From positions 15,471,289 through 15,535,288 of the forward strand of contig OZ037771.1 of the NCBI GenBank assembly GCA_964035545.1: a stretch of 64,000 bases of DNA, written 5' to 3'. This document shows positions 51,301 to 63,531 of this stretch, piece by piece. Source of the stretch: Bugula neritina. Its lineage: Eukaryota; Animalia; Bryozoa. Each line of letters begins with the position of its first letter. Within the stretch, counting starts at the first letter, position 1. The position numbers and the translations under genes were made by a program. A model generated the notes under the pieces. It worked only from the letters and a program-made list of their open reading frames with translations. It was not told the origin of the DNA and did not search any database.

Positions 51301-52626
51301 CTCTCTCACTGTCTACTCAAAATACTTTATACTTACTAAAATATATATTTGTATATGAATCATTAGACTGTGACATGACGTTCTGCAGGGGGCGCTGGGA
51401 TGACGCTGTCCGTCTTTGCCGGTTTGTCAAAGACAGTTCATTGTGGGCGTGTCTTGCTGCCATGTCAGCCTATGCTAAGGATTTGTCCACAGCTGAAGTA
51501 GCCTATGCAGCCATAGATGAGGTGAGCTTACTTAGACTGTTTTACTATTCATATTCTATAGTAAAATTTTAAATTCATCACTTACGGAGTAATAGGGAAT
51601 CACGTGAGGTTGGTCGGGAACTGTTTACTGGAAACTCAGCATTTAATACTAATGCAATTAATACTTGCGCAAAGTCGCGTTAAATGGATTTGTTTTATAA
51701 TAAAGCAAGCTTTGGTATGCAACCATGGTGGCCGAGTGGTTAAGGCGTTGGACTTAAGATCCAATGGACGAATGTCCGCGTGGGTTCGAACCCCACCCGT
51801 GGTAAAATTTTTTTTAGTTATTCAACTTTAATAATTGAATCTTTTACTGCGTATCACGAATTAAAATAATTTTCAAATTTAAAAATATAATGTTATCAAT
51901 TATTTATAGCCATTTTTTATTTAACAAAAGCTCTTAACTCTCATAATATTATCTGGACAGACAGCTGACTTTCTGCTTTTCAGGCTGACAAAGTAGACTA
52001 CATCAACTCCATAAAAGAGCTGCCAAACAAAGAAGCTCGCAATGCAGCCATGGCACTGTTCTGTGGCAATTCACAGGATGCAGAAGGCATGCTTCTTTCA
52101 GCTGGCCTCTTTTTTAGAGCAATAATGATGAACATAGAGCTGTATAACTGGGACAGGTGGGTGTGGGAATGCTATCTATCGACTTACTGGGTGAAGAGTT
52201 CTATGTATTGTGTAAAATGTAGGCGAGTTATTATTTTTAAATTTATAATAAATATGAGGTGTGATGCTAGTGGTATCTCAATTTCAGAGCAATTGAGTTG
52301 GCAGTGAAACACAAAACTCATGTGGATACGGTGCTTGCTTACCGGCAAAACCATTTGAAGAGTTTTGAGAAAGAAGAAGATAACAAGCGTTTCCTGCAGT
52401 ACAATGAAGGGGTAAGCTTTGCTATATAAACCATTACTATAAACTAGTGGTTCTATTAATAGCCATTAATCTAATGCAGTTGCAAGAATCATCTATTTAC
52501 TTGAAGGTTAAAATCGACTGGGAAAAAGTCCAACAGAAAATAGAGGCCGAGTACCAGAAAGAGAGAGAAGGCGGGGGTATCAGCAAGCCCTCCTCCCATC
52601 CTAAGACCTCCCAAAGAGCAGCTTAG
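47139..52626 (+). CDS. IFT80: Intraflagellar transport protein 80 (IFT-B, WD40)
   Basis: 16 phase-consistent exons: 47139-47397, 47824-47951, 48035-48196, 48464-48553, 48743-49005, 49159-49332, 49532-49686, 49861-49944, 50078-50142, 50394-50529, 50628-50768, 51146-51281, 51389-51521, 51984-52156, 52288-52411, 52507-52626. Motifs SCVGW…[49 protein letters not shown]. Confidence 0.97.
48240..48455. repeat. (ACT)n-type microsatellite in IFT80 intron 3
   Basis: Runs of ACT/GCT triplets. Confidence 0.85.
50276..50347 (+). tRNA. tRNA-Gly (TCC), in IFT80 intron 9
   Basis: Acceptor stem GCGTCGG/CCGACGC+A, anticodon arm GTTGC-CT-TCC-AA-GCAAT, T-loop GGTTCGATTCCC, followed by a T-run Pol III terminator. 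Confidence 0.95.
50773..51128. repeat. 20-nt tandem repeat in IFT80 intron 11
   Basis: Unit ATGTCTATACAGTTCTAT(A/C)T. Confidence 0.93.
51722..51804 (+). tRNA. tRNA-Leu (TAA), in IFT80 intron 13
   Basis: ACCATGG…CCGTGGT+A acceptor, TGGCCGAGTGG A-box, TTGGA-CT-TAA-GA-TCCAA anticodon arm, long variable arm, GGTTCGAACCCC B-box, downstream T-run. Confidence 0.95.
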
Positions 52627-53495
52627 AACTCGTGCTAACCATACGACCTTCACCTCTGCCAATGGCATTTGGTGAAGCTCTCACAGTGTTTCAAGTTAAT
52701 CTTCTCATATTTTTATTCGAATGTAATTTATTAATTTATTCAAGGTCCACAGACTAACACTTAATATAAAATCAGTTTGACAGCAGATTTATTTCAATTG
52801 CTACTGCATTATTGGCCTTTATTTTGTTTAAATAAAGGGATAGTTTGGTTATGCTTTATTTTTTATGAAATAACTTAAAAATAAAAATATTTTTAAAAGC
52901 ATGTCAGCTTGAAGAGTTGTTAGAGTTAGTCGATTCTCCATACAAGACTTGTCAGTGTGTAACATTATATATAAACAGCCGTCACACTGATGTCTACACT
53001 GACAGACAGTACTCTGTATATAAAACAGTAAGTAGAGTACATTGCCCATTGTATTCAGTAATTACCCTACTTGACACAACATAACATAGTAGAATAATCA
53101 TAATGACAAGAGAGTGAATCTAGTAGAGGTGTGCTATAATATAATACTGTATAGCCAATACTGATTAACTATTAACATATATAACTCATCATGTAATACA
53201 ATAACAACTAACTACAACATATCAACTGACTTATTTGGCAGAATTTTGACTAAGAGTTTTCCATACTGATTCTTAAGTACAGTATAACATAATGGCATAA
53301 TATTTGCAGTTTGAATACACTTTGTTATATGCTCCATCATGCGGTCACTTGTTATTCCCGGAATAAATGTATATCGCGCCACGTTATATATACAAGTGCG
53401 TCTCTGCGCCGCCATTTCCTGTCTCATCTGCTCCACCAGCGCAACCAATCACAGCCAGCTTTAGTTCTCGTCGCCCAAACCCCCGTCTGGTCGAC

Positions 53496-56400
53496 TCAGG
53501 ACGTGAAGATAAAAGCCTCCAGACTTTGAACACGGAACTCGACGTCATCACAGAGTGGCTCGTTGTCAAACGTGTCACAACGTTCCGTCCTTCCATAGTC
53601 AAGATCTTTATCCATCTGCAACAGACGGCAAATACTTTACACTTATAGTACGTTAAATGTACGTATAACTCTACACTTACAGTAGGTTAAGTGTACGTAT
53701 AACTCTACACTAACAGTACGTTACGTGTATGTATAACTCTACACTTACAGTACGTTACGTGTTGCTGATACACACCTGCAGGGCAACGCCGGGACCTCCT
53801 CCTCCAACCATAAGGATGTTTTTATCTCCTGCCTGGAACATGGAGGCGCTGGAGAGAGTGACGGGATGCTCCTTGCCCACCCAGTTGTACAACACCATAG
53901 GGTTTATTCTGAACACGAATGACTGTCCACATCCGAAGTAGCTGATCTGAGCACCTGCATCCACCTGCTTGTGTCTCTCCACCCAGTCTGTGGCACAGTA
54001 CGCACCAAACACCTGCACAATACAGTACTGTACAGTAGTATATAGTATAGAGTATATACTGTACAGTAGTATAGAGTATAGAGTATATACTGTACAGTAG
54101 TACAGTAGTATAGAGTATATACTGTACAGTAGTAGAGTATAGAGTATATACTGTACAGTAGTATAGAGTATAGAGTATATTTGTTGTCATATCGTTAGGT
54201 AATATTCCCATTGCTAGTAGAGAAGTGAGGTGTGAAGCCAACTTACGTCATTCTCTATTGTCTTGATAACGATGAGCACCGGCCCACATTTCTCAACCTT
54301 TTCATAGAAAGTTTTCAGGCTATAGCCATGCTCATTGGTTGTAAATATCAGCTTAGGGTCCATGACCGACACGGCGGGAGGCAACCACCCCCAAACTGTG
54401 AGTTGTTCAAACTTGCCTGCAAATATCAGATATTCACTTTAAGTATACAATCTACTAGTATATAATGTAATGCATTACGTAGTGTGTATTACATAGTGTA
54501 GTATATATTACACAGTGTAGTGTGTATTACACAGTGTAGTATATTACAGAGTGTAGTATATTACAGAGTGTAGTGTATTACAGAGTGTAGTATATTACAG
54601 AGTGTAGTATATATTACAGAGTGTAGTATATATTACAGAGTGTAGTACATTACAGAGTGTAGTATATATTACAGAGTGTAGTGTATATTACAGAGTGTAG
54701 TGTGTATTACATAGTGTAGTATATATTACAGAGTGTAGTACATTACAGAGTGTAGTGTATTACATAGTGTAGTGTGTATTACAGAGTGTAGTACATTACA
54801 GAGTGTAGTATATATTACAGAGTGTAGTATATTACAGAGTGTAGTATATTACAGAGTGTAGTATGTATTACAGAGTGTAGTATATTACAGAGTGTAGTGT
54901 ATTACATAGTGTAGTATATATGACAGAGTGTAGTATATTACAGAGTGTAGTGTGTATTACACAGTGTAGTATATATTACAGAGTGTAGTATATTACAGAG
55001 TGTAGTACATTACAGAGTGTAGTATATATTACAGAGTGTAGTATATTACAGAGTGTAGTACATTACAGAGTGTAGTATATATTACAGAGTGTAGTATATT
55101 ACAGAGTGTAGTATATTACACAGTGTAGTGTATTACAGAGTGTAGTATATTACACAGTGTAGTATATTACAGAGTGTAGTATATTACACAGTGTAGTATA
55201 TTACAGAGTGTAGTATATATTACACAGTGTAGTATATTACAGAGTGTAGTATATTACAGAGTGTAGTGTATTACAGAGTGTAGTGTATTACAGAGTGTAG
55301 TATATATTACAGAGTGTAGTACATTACAGAGTGTAGTATATATTACAGAGTGTAGTATATTACAGAGTGTAGTATATTACAGAGTGTAGTATATTACAGA
55401 GTGTAGTGTATTACATAGTGTAGTATATATGACAGAGTGTAGTATATTACAGAGTGTAGTGTGTATTACACAGTGTAGTATATATTACAGAGTGTAGTAT
55501 ATTACAGAGTGTAGTACATTACAGAGTGTAGTATATATTACAGAGTGTAGTATATATTACAGAGTGTAGTATATTACAGAGTGTAGTATATTACATAGTG
55601 TAGTATATATTACAGAGTGTAGTATATTACAGAGTGTAGTACATTACACAGTGTAGTATATATTACAGAGTGTAGTATATATTACAGAGTGTAGTATATT
55701 ACAGAGTGTAGTGTATTACATAGTGTAGTATATTACAGAGTGTAGTATATTACAGAGTGTAGTACATTACAGAGTGTAGTGTATTACAGAGTGTAGTGTA
55801 TTACATAGTGTAGTGTGTATTACAGAGTGTAGTATATATTACAGAGTGTAGTATATATTACAGAGTGTAGTGTATTACATAGTGTAGTATATATTACAGA
55901 GTGTAGTGTATTACGGAGTGGAGTGTGTATAACTGGTCACCTCAGCTGATGTACAATGGCTGTAATTCCACTCATAAATAATCATTATGATGTCAACTTG
56001 TGAAACAATGAACTGAGGAAATGACTTCTATGAGCTCAACATCCCCTCAGACAATGCAATGAGACACACGGACAGACACACGGACAGACACACGGACAGA
56101 TGGGGAGAAGTTGGTAGACGTATGGTGCTGGTAAAACTAGCAACAAGATGTGACAGAACCTCAGTGAGTGAGACACAAGGTGAGAGTAGAGATAACAGCT
56201 GAGCTAGAGAAGGGAGTAGAAATAACAGCTGAGCTAGAGAAGGGAGTAGAGATAACAGCTGAGCTAGAGAAGGGAGTAGAGTTAACAGCTGAGCTAGAGA
56301 AGGGAGTAGAGTTAACAGCTGAGCTGGAGAAGGGAGCAGAGATAACAGCTGAGCTAGAGAAGGGAGTAGAGATAACAACTGAGCTAGAGAAGGGAGTAGA

Positions 56401-59400
56401 GATAACAGCTGAGCTAGAGAAGGGAGTAGAGTTAACAGCTGAGCTGGAGAAGGGAGCAGAGATAACAGCTGAGCTAGAGAAGGGAGTAGAGATAACAACT
56501 GAGCTAGAGAAGGGAGTAGAGATAACAGCTGAGCTAGAGAAGGGAGTAGAGTTAACAGCTGAGCTAGAGAAGGGAGTAGAGATAACAGCTGAGCTAGAGA
56601 AGGGAGTAGAGATAACAGCTGAGCTGGAGAAGGGAGCAGAGATAACAGCTCAACTAGAGAAGGGAGCAGAAATAACAGCTCAACTAGAGAAGGGAGTAGA
56701 TGTTTAGAAAAGTTAGGAAGGTTACCTAATATTTCTGAGTCGATCTCATCCAACAGCAGCTGTGTGTGCACGTTTTTATCCAGAACAAAACTCAGCTTGC
56801 TTTTCAATGTAAGTAGCCTCTTATTTCTCTCTTCAGCCTGCATTTGGCTCAGCCTACACACACCAACATTGCTATTGCATAACACTATGACACACACTAG
56901 ACAGTAACCTGCAATAACTCTCTCATTATTTGAGTTAAAATTCCCACAATGGGTGTAGATAACAAATAAAATCTATCTTCTTTACTTCCCCAAACACCAT
57001 GAAACAATTATAATCAAGTCCGGAAAATGGCCAGGTTAAGAGAACTACACCCAGCAGTAAACAAGCCTGTCAGTTGCCATAGCGACAAGAAGAATAGAAC
57101 AAGGACTTACCTGGAGCCACGGGACGATGGCCGAGGTAGCCTGTAGTCTGTGTTCTGTACAGGGGCAGTATGACGGGGAGTCATTAACGCCCTCCCTCCA
57201 GCCCGTAGAACCAGCTCTGTCTTGTGGAACAGCGCATCAATCTCCTTCTTGGAGAAACCTCTGATACCAAAGGCATCCTAAACACCATAAGACGGGCAAG
57301 TATAGAGAGAGAGTATAGAAAGAGTATAGAGAGCGAGTATAGAGAGAGTATAGAGGGAGTATATTATATATAGAGAGTGTAGAGAGAGTATAGAGGGAGT
57401 ATATTATATATAGAGAGTATAGAGAGAGAGTATAGAGGGAGTATATTATATAGAGAGAGTATAGAGAGAGTATAGAGAGAGTATAGAGGGAGTATAGAGA
57501 GTATATACAGAGAGTATAGAGAGAGTATATAGAATATAGAGAGAGTATATATAGAGAGTATAGAGAGAGTATAGAGTATAGAGAGAGTATAGAAAGAGTG
57601 TAGAGAGAGTGTAGAGAGAGTACAGAGAGAGTATATAGAGAGTATAGAGAGAGTATAGAAGTGACATAAACAGAGAGGTGAGATAAACAGAAAGGTGAGA
57701 CAGACAGAGAGGTGAGATAAACAGAGAGGTGAGAGAGACAGAGAGGTGAGACAGAGGGGTGAGACAGAGAGGTGAGACAGAGAGGTGAGATATACAGAGA
57801 AGTGAGATAAACAGAGAGGTGAGATAAACAGAGAGGTGAGATATACAGAGAGGTGAGACAGAGAGGTGAGATAAACAGAGAGGTGAGAGAGACAGAGAGG
57901 TGAGAGAGACAGAGAGGTGAGACAGAGAGGTGAGACAGAGAGGTGAGACAGAGAAGTGAGATAAACAGAGAGGTGAGAGAGACAGAGAGGTGAGAGAGAC
58001 AGACAGAGAGGTGAGACAGAGAGGTGAGACAGAGAGGTGAGAGAGACAGAAAGGTGAGATAAACAGAGAGGTGAGATATACAGAAAGGTGAGATAAACAG
58101 AGAGGTGAGACAGACAGACAGACAGGTATAACAAATAGAAGTGTGTCAGAAGTAAAGCAGCAGGAAATAAACATTCTCCGCCATGACATGCTGTCACTTG
58201 CTGTCAAAAGTCACTCTCTCACAAGGAAATTCATAAGGAAACAAAAATATTTTTAAGCAGTTGGTGGTGAAGCCATCAAGTTGTGAATAATAAATAGGTT
58301 GTCATTATCTGTCACATACACACTGTGTATACATACATACTGTGTACACATACATACTGTGTACACATACATACTGTGTACACATACATACTGTGTATAT
58401 ATACATACTGTGTATATATACATACATACTGTGTATACATACATACTGTGTACACATACTCACTTTCAGTAGCCTATCACAGCTCACGTAGTTGTGTATT
58501 TCCGCACACATACTCTTCATGCCTGCATCTGGTTTGCCCGCCGAGAAATACTCACTATTATGGCCTGTAAAACACATGACAAAGGAGAGTTGAGCTGGAG
58601 TTGGTTATGAAGGAGATTCTATACAGAGCAGTGTTCACATGTTCCGCTAACTATTTATAGGACTAGTGACATGTGCACACATCACGTTCGAGTATGCCAC
58701 AGCATGCTTTGTTTATTAATAGAAAGTGTGGTACTCTACGGAGTGATATTGGTACTCTACGGAGTGATATTGGTACTCTACGGAGTGATATTGGTACTCT
58801 ACGGAGTGATATTGGTACTCTACGGAGTGATATTGGTACTCTACGCAGTGATATTGGTACTCTACGGAGTGATATTGGTACTCTACGGAGTGGTATTGGT
58901 ACTATACAGAGTGATATTGGTACTCTACGGAGTGATATTGGTACTCTACGGAGTGATATTGGTACTCTACGGAGTGATATTGGTACTATTAGGACATACC
59001 TGATACTTTATAGAAGAGTTTGATGAGCACCAGAGCCACTCGGAACAGAACTTTAAAACCTTCAACCAAGTAGCAGTCAACAATCCTGACCTGAATGTAG
59101 AGAAGAGGTGTAATATACAGAATACAGAGTAGAAGAGGTGTAATATACAGTATACAGAGTAGAAGAGGTGTAATATACAGAATACAGAGTAGAAGAGGTG
59201 TAATATACAGTATACAGAGTAGAAGAGGTGTAATATACAGTATACAGAGTAGAAGAGGTGTAATATACAGTATACAGAGTAGAAGAGGTGTAATATGCAG
59301 TATACAGAGTAGAAGAGGTGTAATATACAGAGTACAGAGTAGAAGAAGTGTAATATACAGTATACAGAGTAGAAGAGGTGTAATATACAGAATACAGAGT

Positions 59401-62400
59401 AGAAGAGGTGTAATATGCAGTATACAGAGTAGAAGAGGTGTAATATACAGAATACAGAGTAGAAGAGGTGTAATATACAGAATACAGAGTAGAAGAGGTG
59501 TAATATACAGAATACAGAGTAGAAGAGGTGTAATATACAGAATACAGAGTAGAAGAAGTGTTATATACAGTATACAGAGTAGAAGAGGTGTAATATACAG
59601 AATACAGAGTAGAAGAAGTGTAATATGCAGTATACAGAGTAGAAGAGGTGTAATATACAGTATACAGAGTAGAAGAGGTGTAATATACAGTATACAGAGT
59701 AGAAGAGGTGTAATATGCAGTATACAGAGTAGAAGAGGTGTAATATACAGAATACAGAGTAGAAGAGGTGTAATATGCAGTATACAGAGTAGAAGAGGTG
59801 TAATATACAGAATACAGAGTAGAAGAGGTGTAATATACATAATACAGAGTAGAAGAGGTGTAATATACAGTATACAGAGTAGAAGAAGTGTAATATACAG
59901 AATACAGAGTAATATAACTCACTAAATAGTGGAATGGAAGATGCTTAAAGATCCACAAAACCCAATCATTGAGGAAGGAAATGAAATCTTCTTCTGGACA
60001 ATGTCTCTCTATAAAACTTGCTGCAGATTTCTACAAAATAGTCAATAGTAAGTAGATACTTGCAAGCATGTGTGTATACAGTAGTAGTAGAGTATACAGT
60101 AGTAGTAGAGTATACAGTAGTAGTAGAGTGTACAGAGTAGAGTATACAGAGTATACAGAGTATACAGAGTATACAGAGTATACAGAGTAGTAGAGTATAC
60201 AGAGTATACAGAGTATACAGAGTATACAGAGTATACAGAGTATACAGAGTAGAGTATACAGTGTAGAGTATACAGTGAGTACTCACAACGTATCTATAAG
60301 CCAGGTCACGGAGGACAAAGCAGGCAGCCCTGAGCTGAAGCGCTGTCGGAGCCAGGAAATAGTTGACATCTTTCTTGCGGAGAAGTTCATATATACACCT
60401 GAAGCAGGCCTGTTCACTGGAGTAGTGTAGCATGACACTGGTGAAGGCGTAGAGCAGGGGGGAAAACTACAACAATTGTAATGTCTTAACAACATGTGAT
60501 GAAGGTTTTGGCTGTGAGAATTATATATAAACATATATATAACTACATATATACATGTATATAGTTATATATATATATATATATATAACTACATATAGAC
60601 ATGTATATAATTATATATATATATAAAGTATGATAGCTTTCGCTAAGATATCATGAGCATAGATAATAAATTATAACACAGAAAACTATAAGCAATGAGT
60701 TTCCATTTGCATGCAAATCAAAGAATTATTTACAATAAATTACCATTTATAATTATGTATAGTATAGCATTACTATGTGAATTCACAAGTTGACAAATTC
60801 ATAAAATATACAAGAAATGGCTATCAGACACACCTCTGCACGTACACCACACGTACACTACACCACACGTACACTACACGTACACTACACCACACGTACA
60901 CTACACGTACACTTGACTACACGTACACTAGACTACAAAGTAGAGGTACAGAGTATACAGAGTATACAGAGTATACAGAGTATACAGAGTATACAGAGTA
61001 TAGAGAGTAAACAGAGTATAGAGAGTATACAGAGTATACAGAGTATACAGAGAGTATACAGAGAGTATACAGAGAGTATACAGAGTAGACAGAGTATACA
61101 GAGGAGAGTATACAGAGTATACAGAGTATACAGAGTAGAGTATACAGAGTATAGTAGAGTATACAGAGAGTATACAGAGTATACAGAGTAGTGAGTATAC
61201 AGTGAGTATAGAGAGAGTATAGAGAGAGTATAGAGAGAGTATACAGAGTATAATACAGAGAGTATACAGACAGAGAGTATACAGTGAGTATACAGAGAGT
61301 ATACAGAGAGTATATACAGAGAGTATACAGAGTATACAGAGTATACAGAGTATACAGAGAGTATACAAAGTATAGTATACAGAGTATAACACAGAGTATA
61401 CCACAGAGTATACAGAGTAGAGACTACCTGCTGGATATGGGGGTGGGTCTCAGATATGACATAGAGCACCCTGTGACAAGCCTTCACTCCCTCCCTACTG
61501 AGCATGTGGTGAACTCTCATCTCCTCCGTCATGTCGTCTATCGGCAAAATCTTCTCCGCCGCAACTAGAAACAGCAACAATTATATAATACCAGGCATAT
61601 ACCATATAATAGTAATAATTATATATTACCAGGCATATACCATATAATAGTAATACTAGGCATGTATTCATATTTAACTTTGGAGAAATAAAGTGACAAG
61701 AATTAAATAGATAATAAGTAGACCAGTGTTAATAAGTAGGAGGGTGAGAAAAGGACAACATAACCGGCTATTGCATTGGTAGCTGTAGCTGTAAGTATGT
61801 AGTATCTGTAGTAGCTGTAGTAACTGTAGTAGCTGTAGTAGTGTGTACTGTAGTAGCTGTAGTAACTGTAGTAGCTGTAGTAGTGTGCACTGTAGTATCT
61901 GTAGTAGCTAGTACTGTAGTAACTGTAGTAACTGTAGTAGCTAGTACTGTAGTAGCTGTAGTAGCTGGTACTGTAGTAGCTAGTACTGTAGTAGCTGACT
62001 AGCTGTAGTAGTGTGTACTGTAGTAGCTGTAGTAGCTGTAGTAGCTGTAGTAGTTGTAGTAGCTGTAGTAGCTGTAGTAGCTGTAGTAGCTGTAGTAGCT
62101 GTAGTAGCTGTAGTAGCGACACGCGGAGTAGAGACAGAGTTAACAGACTAAAAGGCAGGCACTAGTGACTAACAACGTCCACAAGGTTAAACCAATGTCA
62201 CACAACAACTGCACAACTACCAAACCTCTTACACTGTACATGGATTTGAACTCGAACTGGAGATACAAGAGAAACAATCAATAGTAAGTTAGCCACAGTG
62301 AAGTACAGAGTAATGCTGCAGCCTTTCTAGTTCCGTGCAGTTTGTGTGATTAAAGAATGACAAAATAATGAGAAGAAAAGTGATAAAGTGGAAAATGTAC

Positions 62401-62612
62401 AAAACAAGTGATCTAACTAACCGTTGGCAAACTTAGAGGCGTAGATCTGAAACGTCTCATCGTATATTTCGTCGGTGGTGGCGCAGCAAAGAAGGGGCCA
62501 GAGTTTGGTTCTGGCGGCGTGGTCTATGGACAGCTGGTTGTTCCTCAGTATGAACTTGATTCGGGTCTTTTCATGAGCCTTCACCATGTTGGAGATGACA
62601 TCTAGGGTGATG
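53496..62612 (-). CDS. TBC1D24: TBC1 domain family member 24 / skywalker (TBC + TLDc); 5' exon(s) not located
   Basis: Exons 62612-62422, 61564-61428, 60466-60287, 60030-59923, 59090-59000, 58564-58464, 57277-57111, 56853-56726, 54416-54247, 54012-53776, 53615-53496, all phase-consistent. TBC motifs KFILRNN…LWP, DCYLVEGFKVLFRVAL; TLDc motifs WGWLP, FTTNEHGYSLKTFY, VFGAYC, YFGCGQSFVF, MVGGGG, CDTFDNEPL. Confidence 0.93.
54475..55920. repeat. 17-19 nt tandem repeat in TBC1D24 intron
   Basis: Unit TATTACAGAGTGTAGTA(TA). Confidence 0.95.
56185..56700. repeat. 30-nt tandem repeat, about 17 copies, in TBC1D24 intron
   Basis: Unit GATAACAGCTGAGCTAGAGAAGGGAGTAGA. Confidence 0.95.
57073..57086. promoter_or_regulatory. 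Strong RFX X-box motif inside a TBC1D24 intron
   Basis: GTTGCCATAGCGAC, close to the palindromic consensus GTTGCCATGGCAAC. Confidence 0.45.
57299..58125. repeat. Two purine-rich arrays in TBC1D24 intron
   Basis: GAGAGTATA-type array to ~57660, then GAGAGGTGAGACA-type array. Confidence 0.9.
58730..58988. repeat. 21-nt tandem repeat in TBC1D24 intron
   Basis: Unit GGTACTCTACGGAGTGATATT, about 12 copies. Confidence 0.93.
59099..59911. repeat. 30-nt tandem repeat, about 27 copies, filling a TBC1D24 intron
   Basis: Unit AGAAGAGGTGTAATATACAG(T/A)ATACAGAGT. Confidence 0.95.
60945..61420. repeat. AGAGTATAC-type array in TBC1D24 intron (related array at 60075-60280)
   Basis: 9-11 nt unit AGAGTATAC(AG). 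Confidence 0.9.
61795..62117. repeat. 9-nt GTAGTAGCT array in TBC1D24 intron
   Basis: Directly visible. Confidence 0.9.
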
Positions 62613-62639
62613 CTGTGGAGTAGATTATATAGAAATAGT

Positions 62640-63005
62640 AGATATGAGTATAGTGAGTATAGAGAGAGTATATTATAGAGAGAGAGTATAGAGTATAGAT
62701 ATGAGTATAGAGAGAGTATATTATATAGAGTGTATATTATATAGAGAGAGTATAGAGTATAGATATGAGTATAGAGAGAGTATATTATATGGAGAGTATA
62801 TTATATAGAGAGAGTATAGAGTATAGATATGAGTATAGAGAGAGTATATTATATGGAGAGTATATTATATAGAGAGAGTATAGAGTATAGATATGAGTAT
62901 AGAGAGAGTATATTATATGGAGAGTATATTATATAGAGAGAGTATAGAGTATAGATATGAGTATAGAGAGAGTATATTATATGGAGAGTATATTATATAG
63001 AGAGA
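62640..63005. repeat. Composite GAGAGTATA array with 64-nt higher-order unit
   Basis: AGATATGAGTATAGAGAGAGTATATTATATGG… recurs at 62761, 62825 and 62889-type spacing. Confidence 0.8.
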
Positions 63006-63531
63006 GCCGATAAGATAAATTATGCCAAGAATGATTGAATTTAGTCGAGGTAGACTTGGAATGACAAATTAATTTCTACTTAAATATAAGAAATAATCTG
63101 CTTCACTAGATTGTATGCAAATATGAGGTAAGAAACCAGAGAGAGACAGATGAGAAGAGAGACAGATGAGAGAGACAGATGAGAAGAGAGACAGATGAGA
63201 GTCCACACTGGAATGGTATGGAGGGTACACTCTCAAGTTCTGTGAATATATGAATACTAATTAGTATCTGTAGTAGATCACAGCTGGAGGTATATAGTGT
63301 ACTGTAAGTATATAGTATACAGTAAGTATATATCTACAGTAAGTATATAGTATCCCAACTGGTGACAATATATTTATTCAACTTGTCATAAGAATGTATT
63401 TTGGCAGTAGAACTCAACCCACTGCTTCTTCTGCCAGCAACTCAGAGCGTTTTGTCACTTTTTATAAAACATTAGCATAAACCAACACCAATAAGTAGCA
63501 GCATAGTCAATTGGTACAGTACATGTGTCAC

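Noticed and set aside
55941-56027. Possible 87-nt TBC1D24 exon
   Set aside because: Open only in phase 0, whereas the flanking exons join in phase 1 and read continuously (EILGKFEQ) without it.
56028-56707. AQLLSLLPSL / EITAELEKGV repeat ORFs
   Set aside because: 30-nt intronic array downstream of the G|gtaacc donor at 56726/56725; only 56853-56726 is exonic.
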